This document shows positions 1 to 8,728 of a DNA stretch of 32,000 bases, piece after piece. The stretch's first letter is position 1. Each line of letters begins with the position of its first letter. Position numbers and translations under genes: made by a program. A model generated the notes under the pieces. The model worked only from the letters and a program-made list of their open reading frames with translations. It was not told where the DNA came from and made no database searches. Origin of the DNA: Prevotella phage Lak-C1. The DNA is taken from sequence record MK250029.1, one strand, 5' to 3'.

Positions 1-306
1 GTACATTCTATCTCAAACTATTTTCCACATTTTTTACATTCTATTACATATTTTTTTAATTCCATAAAAGATTCACTATTTTTTCAGAAGTCATTTATAT
101 ATTAAGTATTTGAGTTATTAAATATATTCCAAAAATATATTAATCACTTTGTAAACATTATTATTATAAAAATAAGTTTGCTGTATTGACTTCCATATTC
201 ATAAACAAATCTCATTAAACACTTACATTTCTTACTAATAAAAGTCTCATTGTAAGTCAAATACTTCAATTATTATTTATGAATTATTATATTATTTAAA
301 TTTGTG

Positions 307-381
307 TGGGCCCAGTAGGACTTGAACCTACGACCTTCAGATTATGAGTCTGCTGCTGCTAACCGTCTGAGCTATAGGCCC
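307..381 (-). tRNA. tRNA with CAT anticodon (Met/fMet/Ile2 class)
   Basis: Reverse complement GGGCCTA-TAGCTCAGACGGTTAGCAGCAG-CAGA-CTCATAA-TCTG...GTAGGTTCAAGTCCTAC-TGGGCCC-A; 7-bp acceptor and 5-bp T-stem. D-stem is irregular (GCTC against GCAGC). CCA is not encoded. Confidence 0.9.
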
Positions 382-448
382 AAATAATATATTTTTATAT
401 TATGTAATTAAAATATCTATATTATTAATATTAAAATTTAATTTATAG

Positions 449-521
449 TGTTCCGTACGAGACTCGAACTCGTTACCCCGATATTAAAAGTATCGTGCTC
501 TGCCAGATGAGCTAACGGAAC
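449..521 (-). tRNA. tRNA-Lys (TTT)
   Basis: GTTCCGT-TAGCTCATCTGGCAGAGCA-CGATA-CTTTTAA-TATCG-...ACGAGTTCGAGTCTCGT-ACGGAAC-A; all arms pair. Confidence 0.95.
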
Positions 522-531
522 CGCATATTAA

Positions 532-1350
532 TTACATAACCTAATATAATTTATCTAATCGTTCATTATATCTCCAAAATTGACAATGTAATTTATTTAT
601 AATATTATTCTAACGAATTATATCTTTATCTGATAAAATATTATTATATACATCTTTATAATGTTTAGGTTCATCATATTCAAATACAATATTTTTTTCT
701 TTATCATATCCATCAAGAAAATAACCTAAAATCTCACATTCACCACCATTTCCGTAATACTATAAATTCCAGTTATTTTCTTTATTTAATTTTTCTATAT
801 ATTCTCCAGAATTTTTATTAAATCGTGGATTGTGAAATCCTTTATTCTTTTTCAAATATTCAATTGCACCTAATCGCTATTTATATTTATGATCTTCTGT
901 ATGATGTGTACCTAAATTATAGGGTATATTTTTACCAGACATATAATTCTATCTAATTGTAATTGATTGCTATTTTACGCTATCACTTGTTTTTATAGTT
1001 AAACCTTTATTCCATGCAATATGTCCTTTTGTTGCTCCATTATTGCCATGATGTATTTCTCTATTAGGATTCATATGACAATATCTTTCATGATATTTTA
1101 TACCATAAATTGAATATAAATTATTACAAAACTAACAATTAACTTTCTAACAATTAATTTTCTTTATCTTAAAATCTTTCTATTTAAACTATAAATCAAT
1201 ATTATATTTTTCAACTATTATTTTTAAATAATTTATATTTCCTGAATTCTAATAACAATTTAACTATCGCAAACAATCATTATATGATGTACAATTATTT
1301 AATTTCTAAATAATTTCATTATCACTAATCTATTTAATATTATTTTTCAT
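532..1350 (-). CDS. putative freestanding homing-type endonuclease, HTH plus endonuclease-like domain (TAG read as Gln)
   Basis: With TAG=Gln: MKNNIKQISDNEIIQKLNNCTSYNDCLRQLNCYQNSGNINYLK...CNNLYSIYGIKYHERYCHMNPNREIHHGNNGATKGHIAWNKGLT...GYFLDGYDKEKNIVFEYDEPKHYKD...; 819 nt open except for several TAGs, ends TAA. Confidence 0.75.
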
Positions 1351-1435
1351 GTTTTCAAAGAACTAAATACATAATATTATATGTAAAACTTAAAATAAAG
1401 TCTATTTTTAATAGATTATTTTTTAAATTATTTTG

Positions 1436-1509
1436 TTGGGTGAGTGAGACTTGAACTCACGACCTCTTGCTTATCAGGCAAGCTATCTAACCAGCTGATA
1501 TACCACCCA
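1436..1509 (-). tRNA. tRNA-Ile (GAT)
   Basis: TGGGTGG-TATATCAGCTGGTTAGATAG-CTTGC-CTGATAA-GCAAG-AGGTC-GTGAGTTCAAGTCTCAC-TCACCCA-A. Confidence 0.92.
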
Positions 1510-1780
1510 AAATTAAAACAAGTAGATTTACGAGACACAGCTTCTTCACCCTTTATAAAGGAAACTCGCTATTAGGCACTTGCGCTGTTTTACGAAGTTG
1601 TTGTGTGTCAACTTATGGCTTCTCACGAAATTTGCTGCTCTTCACATCTATGATCGAAATCAAACCAATTCTTTTCAATAATTGACCTGTAACCCTTATC
1701 AGTTCTTCAGTATATAACATAAGCTAGCATTACTATACACTTACTCATTATTATAATCAGAAGTCTATACTTGTTTTTAG

Positions 1781-1863
1781 TAGAGATAAAGGGACTCGAA
1801 CCCTTACACTTCAACAGTATATGCTCCTAAGGCATACGTGGCTACCAATTACACCATATCTCT
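1781..1863 (-). tRNA. tRNA-Leu (TAG)
   Basis: AGAGATA-TGGTGTAATTGGTAGCCACG-TATGC-CTTAGGA-GCATA-variable arm-AAGGGTTCGAGTCCCTT-TATCTCT-A. Confidence 0.85.
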
Positions 1864-1869
1864 AAAATG

Positions 1870-2023
1870 TGGACCCTCGTGGAATCGAACCACGACCTCT
1901 GGATTGTCTCTATAAATGGGATCGAACCATTAATAATAACCATTAATATTATAGAGATTGATTTAATACAGTTTACTCTGTTAATTCAGTCCAGCGTACA
2001 GGCACCAGCCATACGCAAGGTCC
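1870..2023 (-). tRNA. interrupted tRNA with ~79-nt insertion in the anticodon loop (anticodon GAC/Val in one splice register)
   Basis: 5' half GGACCTT-GC-GTA..TAC-G-CTGGA-CT (2023..1988). 3' half AA-TCCAG-AGGT-CGTGGTTCGATTCCACG-AGGGTCC-A (1905..1870). The acceptor (7 bp), D, anticodon (CTGGA/TCCAG) and T stems all close only if the intervening sequence is removed. Confidence 0.75.
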
Positions 2024-2086
2024 ATTTATGTGTTGCGGGTCTTAGAGTCGCACTAAGTATCGCATAGCTTATGAGACTAGCATGAT

Positions 2087-3013
2087 TTATATATCTGTTT
2101 CACTCCCCCGCAATATTATATTGTTATTTTTTAAATAATTTATAAAAATATTAAACTATTCATTTACAAATGCTTTATTATATTTTCCCATATCTTTTAT
2201 TACATATGGTATCCATCCACATTTTTTTATTTCATTTATTTTTATATTATCTCTATTCTATACTTGTTTTACTGAATGCTATTTTTTTATTTGCTCATAA
2301 TGCCATTTACCATTCCATAAAATTGCATATTTTATTTTTGGTAAAATTATATCTGCATCCCAACCATTAAAAATTGGTTTATTATGAAAAACATTTTCTA
2401 TATTAAAAAAATTTTCGCATAATGTACAAAATAATTTTTCATTTTTTGAACGACGCTATTCACTTTGAATATTGCAACTATGCTTACCGCCATTAGATAT
2501 TTTTTTAAGTGCATCTTGTGATAAAAAATCTCGAAAATGTAACTAATAATATTCTCTACATTTTTCTGAACACATTTTTCTTGTGCATCCTATAATATCT
2601 TTAAAATAAAAATACTATTTATTACAAACTATACATGTATATAATTTTCTATTAGAATTATGATTCTTTTTAACACTAATAGATGTTTTCTTTTTTGATT
2701 CTTCTGACCGCGGAGCTCTATGTAAATTTCCATATGCAGTAGCACATTGTTTATTACAAAATCTACCTGAGCCGTAAGAACCATCTATTACTTTACCACA
2801 ATTTTCACAATATAAAATTTTACTTTCTTCTAATTGTTTCTGTTGTAATAAATATTCATTCTTTATCTTATTATAATCGATATTTCTTTTCTATAATAAT
2901 CGTCTAAATGTATTATTAGTTAAATTATATTTTTTATCTACATATCTTAATGAATAATTACAATCCTTATATATCTATATTAATTCATTATTTGTTAATC
3001 CTTTAATATTCAT
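2087..3013 (-). CDS. putative homing-type endonuclease with zinc-binding Cys motifs and a PD-(D/E)XK/Vsr-like C-terminus (TAG=Gln)
   Basis: MNIKGLTNNELIQIYKDCNYSLRYVDKKYNLTNNTFRRLLQKRNIDY...CENCGKVIDGSYGSGRFCNKQC...FNGWDADIILPKIKYAILWNGKWHYEQIKKQHSVKQVQNRDNIKINEIKKCGWIPYVIKD...; 927 nt, ends TAA, several in-frame TAG. Confidence 0.8.
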
Positions 3014-3247
3014 AACTAAATTAATTAATAATTTATTGGACTAAAAACATACTCAAATAGTTACAAAAACTATTATGTTAATAATCTATTTAAATAATAG
3101 GTAATTTTCACTGGTTATATTTAAACTATTCCATTGTCCTCAGCTATCTAACGTTCTTTTTCTTTCTAACCCAAATGATTAATTTTAAGGTAATTACGCT
3201 ATTTAATAGCGTCACTGAGAGTTGTTTAGAACCTATACTTTATTTGT

Positions 3248-3313
3248 CAGATTTAGAGATTCGAACTCCTTAGACTTATTCCCGCGCGTCCTATTCATCA
3301 ATCTACCCATCTG
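3248..3313 (-). other. degenerate or partial tRNA-like element
   Basis: CAGAT...GGAG-TTCGAAT-CTCT-AA-ATCTG: T-arm-like hairpin closed by a 5-bp terminal stem. No convincing 7-nt anticodon loop. Confidence 0.35.
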
Positions 3314-3352
3314 TAGAAATACAGTTCCCACACTGTAAGTCACCTGTAATTG

Positions 3353-3423
3353 TTGGACTAGTAGGACTCGAACCTACTCAAATAGCGTCAAAGGCTATTG
3401 TGCTGCCATTACACCATAGTCCA
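3353..3423 (-). tRNA. tRNA-Gln (TTG)
   Basis: TGGACTA-TGGTGTAATGGCAGCACA-ATAGC-CTTTGAC-GCTAT-...GTAGGTTCGAGTCCTAC-TAGTCCA-A. Confidence 0.88.
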
Positions 3424-3440
3424 GTATTTATATCACATAG

Positions 3441-3677
3441 CGGTTGTAATTGGATTCGAACCAATAATCTACCCACGACCTTGGGTCATTCTACGAGTAA
3501 ACGATAATTTTTTTATTCATTATAAGCAAATAATTATAAAATCAATAACGGTATAAGAGCTTAAGATTAATACCATTCGATCCGCAAACATCTCATATTA
3601 ATTATTATAATATTCGAAATAAATATTCATTTTAATTACCAGTTTTAACTACTCCACCTGTTTTGAACTATACAACC
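3441..3677 (-). tRNA. candidate interrupted tRNA, insertion apparently in the D-loop
   Basis: Perfect 7-bp acceptor GGTTGTA(3677..3671)/TACAACC(3448..3442) and perfect T-arm ATTGG-TTCGAAT-CCAAT. 5' TAGTTCAA and distal GTAGAAT would make a D-arm; the anticodon arm ACCCA/TGGGT has an abnormal 6-nt loop. Confidence 0.45.
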
Positions 3678-3817
3678 ATATTATTAAAAATAGACGTTCC
3701 TATCTGATTTGCACAGCACCCTATACCATAATGATATAGATTCTAACTATTAAACTATCAGAACATTAAATATACTTAATAACTAGTATATAAAAATATA
3801 TCCTCTATTTTTATTTC

Positions 3818-4228
3818 TTAATTTGATGGATGATAATAATCTTTCCAATTATTAAATGTATTCTTTATTGATAAATTTTGTAAATATTCAACAGAATAAC
3901 ATTTATTAGTATGTATTATTCTATGATGATTTGGACATACAATAATTAAATTTGAAACATTATCAGTTCCACCATTACATTTCTCAATTATATGATGAAT
4001 ATCACATGTTGATTCATTCCAACCACATATTGCACAACCTATTTTAGAACGATTTAAAATCTTTGATATTGTTCTTTTTGAACAATCTAATATAGAATTT
4101 ATTTCTTGTTCTTTTGAATGTTTTCTATGTTGTTTACATTCATCACATCTTATATGCCTATCTTTACGGATTGCCTTATTAGTTAAAAAAGATTTTCCAC
4201 ATATTTCACATATATACTAATATTCCAT
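3818..4228 (-). CDS. HNH endonuclease (TAG=Gln)
   Basis: MEYQYICEICGKSF...SKIGCAICGWNESTCDIHHIIEKCNGGTDNVSNLIIVCPNHHRIIH...HPSN*: classic HNH motif with CxxC pairs; one early in-frame TAG. Confidence 0.9.
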
Positions 4229-4235
4229 AATAATG

Positions 4236-4318
4236 TGGGTGAGGCAGGACTCGAACCTGCGAAGTCAAATGACAGCTGATTTACAGTCAGCCCCCTTTGC
4301 CACTCGGGACACTCACCC
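4236..4318 (-). tRNA. tRNA-Tyr (GTA)
   Basis: GGGTGAG-TGTCCCGAGTGGCAAAGGG-GGCTGA-CTGTAAA-TCAGC-long variable arm-GCAGGTTCGAGTCCTGC-CTCACCC-A. Confidence 0.93.
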
Positions 4319-4663
4319 AAATTAATGAAATATTTCGAAGAAATTGCATCTTCTAATAATCTTACAGCTTACCTTTTAGGTTTTTTAATAGCATGCCTGT
4401 TACTTCACAGGAACAAAATATTTCATTAAAAATTACCCGAAACATTCAATGTCGTCACAGTCACATCTATAGGATTTAAAAATAGATTCTAACCAGAAAG
4501 AGTTTGCTCTACATCATCAGATTTATTTTATATTTAGACTTAATAATAAATCCTACATACTTACCATATAACTCTTTTATTTAATAGTCATATAAATACA
4601 CTGCCTAATAATATAAGTATACAACTATTACTGTAATGTTTCACACAAGACGTTCCTTTTATA

Positions 4664-5563
4664 TTATTTTTTAAATATTATATCAAATTTTGAAAATATA
4701 TCATAATTTATTTTATTTGGATATTCTCCATATTTCTATGTCCATATATTAATCTTATTTTTTAATTCATCTAATGATATATCACATTTTATACTTTTTG
4801 ATGCATTTAAGCTATGCTACATTAACTAACAATTTGCTGGATGTGATATTAAATAAGGATCTATTAATTCTTTATATCCTTCATTACGTGAAAATATATG
4901 ATCTCTAGAAACACCATTTAAATTATTACCTGCATTTTTTGGTTTATACCAGCCATATAATGTTATTTGATTAAAATCAAATTCTTTTGGATAACTATTT
5001 AATGCAAATTTAAATTTACACTAATTATTATATAACTATTTTAAAGTTTTATTTTCAACACGATAACGGCTATTATGTGCACATGAATTACTACAAAATT
5101 TCTATTTTCTTCTCTTACTTTCAAATACTTTTCCGCAATATTCACATATATGAATATGTGTTGCATGTATTGCACATGTTGTATTTGTTACATGTTTTGT
5201 ATATTTTATATTATTACATTTATTTGATAATGTTTTAGAAATTTTCTAATTTTTCTAATTTAAATTTGTATGTGCATTCGTTAATTTTCTTGCGCACTAT
5301 GTTGAACATGTCTACTTATACTTATTTAATGCATACATATTTGGAGTAACATATACTTTATATTCATTATTACATATAACACAATTACATGTATATTCTT
5401 TACGTTTACGGTGATTATGCATTTTTTCTTTTGTATTCTAAAGTATTTCTTCATACTTTGGATTTTTATTACACCAACGTACATGATTTGCATATGACTT
5501 TATATTCATATACTAAGTTTCTCCACAATAAGGACACTTCTTTTCAATTTTTAATAATTCCAT
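4664..5563 (-). CDS. putative zinc-finger/HNH-type endonuclease (TAG=Gln)
   Basis: MELLKIEKKCPYCGETQYMNIKSYANHVRWCNKNPKYEEILQ...CEYCGKVFESKRRKQKFCSNSCAHNSRY...FNQITLYGWYKPKNAGNNLNGVSRDHIFSRNEGYKELIDPYLISHPANCQLMQHSLNASKS...; 900 nt interrupted only by TAG. Confidence 0.75.
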
Positions 5564-5849
5564 ATTTTTTAACTTTATTTTTAAAAGGTGACTGGAATCA
5601 CCTTTATATTATATTATTTATTAATAATTAAATAAAGTTAGATAAACCTGGAATTCGTTTATCAAATGGTTCCAGCCATCTGTCCTTTATTTAATGTATT
5701 AAATATTTCTCTGTTTTAAGAGTAATATTTATATTTGAAAAACATTATATTGTCTATTCAAATAATAAAAAATTGTTCACATAGGTAAATTTGAAACACT
5801 AATTTTTAGATTTAACTTTACCATAACTAAACTATATGTGAACACATGG

Positions 5850-5924
5850 TAGGTTATGAGGAACTCGAATCCCCGACCCTCTCCTTGTAAGGGAGATGCT
5901 CTAAACCGACTGAGCTAATAACCT
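5850..5924 (-). tRNA. tRNA-Val (TAC)
   Basis: AGGTTAT-TAGCTCAGTCGGTTTAGAGCA-TCTCC-CTTACAA-GGAGA-GGGTC-GGGGATTCGAGTTCCTC-ATAACCT-A. Confidence 0.93.
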
Positions 5925-6279
5925 AAACTAGTATACTGCTTTCCCAAGTGGTATACTATGAAATAATTCACAAATCCGATTTTATGAATTTAAAAATTAA
6001 ATAGTTAATTAGGGTGGATTTGCACTTCCCTTACTCCATAGCTAAATGTTAATGATGGACCCTTCTTACTAATGAATAAAAGAAAATTGCGCAAGTTTTT
6101 ATTCATTAATATGTTTAGTTCTACATAACGTAGCTCTCTACTTACCGTTAAACTTCGTTACTATTTAATTAAAAACGTTTAAAAATATATTCAGAAATTT
6201 AATATATATTCGCCTCGACGATACTATCTGAACATAGAAGGTACATCCTTTATACATACTAAATCATATTTTTAAATTG

Positions 6280-6443
6280 CGGGAATAGAGGGAATCGAAC
6301 CCACGCCCAGAGATTAGCTACATAAATTGGATTCGAACCAATTAAACTTTATAAAGTATGATACCCAACAGCATTATGTAGTTTAATTTAATCAGGTTGT
6401 TTCCTGTATACAGTCTCTTGCTCGACCTTCGAGCTATATTCCC
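6280..6443 (-). tRNA. interrupted tRNA with ~93-nt insertion in the anticodon loop (anticodon GCT in one splice register)
   Basis: 5' half GGGAATA-TA-GCTC-GAAGGTC-GAGC-A-AGAGA-CT (6443..6412). 3' half AA-TCTCT-GGGC-GTGGGTTCGATTCCCTC-TATTCCC-G (6315..6280). Acceptor, D and anticodon stems pair perfectly across the insertion; T-stem has one mismatch. Confidence 0.8.
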
Positions 6444-6859
6444 AACTTTTGCATTAAGGTCAGCAAACCACACATCTCGCTGTCATATAAGCATCCACGA
6501 TTACTATCGTTCCATGTATACAACCATATCCAGCCTGTGCGAATATTTGTTCTATTTGGCTCGTGGCGATATTCTTTTCGAAAGCAATAGCAAATATTAA
6601 AAGGACTTTAATATTCTATAATATCGCCTGATGCACTTTGGACAAGCAGTATAATATAAGAAATCTTATATATAGCCTGATATATTTCAATCATATTTTT
6701 CTTTGGCAGCATCATTCTATAAATTCATATAATTATTGTTTTCTTCCTCACATAAGTAAAATACTTATGAAGTTACTTTTCAATAAAGTTCATAGTATAT
6801 CTGATTAACTTTTCAGTAACAGAAACATTTATTATATGAATAATACTTATATTTGTCTA

Positions 6860-6930
6860 TCAAAATTTCAAAGAACAATATATTTTTTAATTAACAATAC
6901 AAAGATACATCTTTATTTTGAATTAAAAAA
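6860..6930 (-). promoter_or_regulatory. host-type (Bacteroidetes-like) promoter plus leader module, copy 1 of a tandem pair
   Basis: Minus-strand TTTTTTTAATTCAAAATAAAGATGTATCTTTGTATTGTTAATT...GTTCTTTGAAATTTTGATA; TATCTTTG matches the Bacteroidetes -7 consensus TAnnTTTG. Confidence 0.55.
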
Positions 6931-6964
6931 ATATTCATTGAAATTTTTGAAATATTTTTTTGTT

Positions 6965-7047
6965 TATTATCAATATGTCAAAGAACTAAATGTTTGTTAT
7001 TTTATTAACAACACAAAGATACATTATATATTTCAAATAAAAAAATA
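6965..7047 (-). promoter_or_regulatory. host-type promoter plus leader module, copy 2 of a tandem pair
   Basis: Minus-strand TTTTTTTATTTGAAATATATAATGTATCTTTGTGTTGTTAATAAAA...TTAGTTCTTTGACATATTGATA; TTTG and TATCTTTG boxes. Confidence 0.6.
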
Positions 7048-7069
7048 AGTCTATAAAAAATTGATATTT

Positions 7070-7318
7070 TTATTTAATTTTTATAATTGTATCTTCTTTA
7101 ATAGAACGTCTAATCCATCTCATTAGGATTATTGCTCTATCATAATGTGGTAAGAATGAAGCAGTTTCACCTACATCATGTTTATCTGATAAATCGATTT
7201 CAAACTAATATACATGATTATCAGTTGATGTAATATTATAAACTGCAATTCCTCCAGCATTCATACAAACAAGGTCTGCTGCACCTTTAACTAAAATTTT
7301 TAAATCAATGTTTTCCAT
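7070..7318 (-). CDS. hypothetical protein, 82 aa (one in-frame TAG)
   Basis: MENIDLKILVKGAADLVCMNAGGIAVYNITSTDNHVYQFEIDLSDKHDVGETASFLPHYDRAIILMRWIRRSIKEDTIIKIK*. Confidence 0.7.
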
Positions 7319-7341
7319 TTTTAATTAATTTTCTTTTTTAG

Positions 7342-7414
7342 TTGGGGTGGTGGGAGTTGAACCCACTACCAGAATTTTATAAGAATTCCACTCTAACCGT
7401 TGAGTTACACCCCA
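7342..7414 (-). tRNA. tRNA with TAT anticodon (Ile, AUA-reading)
   Basis: TGGGGTG-TAACTCAACGGTTAGAGTG-GAATT-CTTATAA-AATTC-TGGTA-GTGGGTTCAACTCCCAC-CACCCCA-A. Confidence 0.88.
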
Positions 7415-7604
7415 ATATGGGATGTTCCTAAATATAATACAACATTATATCATTAAACATATAGGAACATAATTTCTATTGTTAATCCTATATATAATAA
7501 TGTATATAAGATCAACAATTATAATATTCGATGCTTATGTATATGTCGTATTAAATTTGTCATAACTTTATTCTTATAAAATTTGTTTGTATTCTTTTAA
7601 TTTG

Positions 7605-7695
7605 CACACAGAGAAGGATTCGAACCCTCGAACAGACTGTTAAATCCGTTATTGGTTTTGGAGACCAACTGCATCAACCACTCGCACATCTGTGT
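7605..7695 (-). tRNA. class II (long variable arm) tRNA with CCA (Trp) anticodon
   Basis: ACACAGA-TGTGCGAGTGGTTGATGCAG-TTGGT-CTCCAAA-ACCAA-T-AACGGA-TTTAACAG-TCTGTT-C-GAGGGTTCGAATCCTTC-TCTGTGT-G; 6-bp variable-arm stem. Confidence 0.88.
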
Positions 7696-8004
7696 ATTAT
7701 GTATATAATAAATGAAAAAATCTTGAAACTCTCTGATTATGCAGAATGTTTCAAGATTTTAATATATTAATCGTTATTTATATTACACTATTCAACGTAT
7801 TAACTATTCACAATATCTCTTAACATACATGCACAACGTACTTGTTCATACCAATTAAATGAATCGGCATAAATATCCACGTTATTTTTATATATGTTAT
7901 TAAATTGTCTCATAGTTTTTTATCTTTTAAAATTATTTTCTTTATTATATATATCTAAATTTTTTTCAAAAGTCTTCATTTTTGAGAACTTTTTTCAAAA
8001 AATA

Positions 8005-8715
8005 TTAATTTTTTTTAATTTTCTTTATAGTAATCTTTATTTTCTCTATTAATGATTCTAATTTATGAATACGATCACCTGTATAAAAAGCAATATAATC
8101 ATCCAATAGTTTCTTTTCTGTAGACATTACCATAATTCGATTTTTAAAAAATTCACCATAATTTCTATTTGGTTCAAATTCTGTACAATGTTCTACACTA
8201 TAATCATGATCATATATTTTATATGTTGATTCTGTTCTACCTGCACATATTTTTGGTTCCCATTCATATATAGATTTATGAATTAAGCAACACTGATATG
8301 GTTTTACATCTTTATCATCAGATATACAGCGCCAATATGTTCTAAAATTATTATATAAACTTCTTTGCATACCTGCTGCATAATGTCTAGATTTATATGC
8401 AATACCTCTATCTACAATAATCTTATTATCTTTATATTCTGATTCTGAATTTCTTTCTAATACCACATAATAAACTGGAATATCTTTATAATTCACATTA
8501 TAATTATGACTTATTAATGATAGCTCTTTATCACCTGCATAACATTCAGGTGATAATAATCCATCTAATTTATATTCATTAAAATAATCTGGATAACTAT
8601 TTTTAAGGTCATCCAGATTATTTGAGTATATAAAATCAAGAGAATCAAATCGATTATGTAATTTATCATTTACAAATAAACAGAATCTCCATCTATATAA
8701 TTCGTTAATATCCAT
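8005..8715 (-). CDS. hypothetical protein, 236 aa
   Basis: Long uninterrupted ORF (MDINELYRWRFCLFVNDKLHNRF...), ends TAA. Confidence 0.8.
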   Translation of the reverse strand: MDINELYRWRFCLFVNDKLHNRFDSLDFIYSNNLDDLKNSYPDYFNEYKLDGLLSPECYAGDKELSLISHNYNVNYKDIPVYYVVLERNSESEYKDNKIIVDRGIAYKSRHYAAGMQRSLYNNFRTYWRCISDDKDVKPYQCCLIHKSIYEWEPKICAGRTESTYKIYDHDYSVEHCTEFEPNRNYGEFFKNRIMVMSTEKKLLDDYIAFYTGDRIHKLESLIEKIKITIKKIKKN

Positions 8716-8728
8716 ATAAAATATTCAT

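Noticed and set aside
1870-2023. Canonical group I intron in the tRNA
   Set aside because: The insertion is only ~79 nt and lacks room for a group I catalytic core.
6280-6443. Interpretation as an amber suppressor tRNA (CTAA before the 3' anticodon stem)
   Set aside because: Joining CT directly to CTAA gives a 6-nt loop. The 7-nt register gives GCT, so a CTA anticodon is not supported.
1867-7048. Plus-strand ORFs in the provided track (1867-2067, 2170-2370, 5389-5631, 6397-6600, 6836-7048)
   Set aside because: They overlap tRNAs or TAG-recoded minus-strand genes and have low-complexity translations. They look like artefacts of AT-rich antisense sequence.
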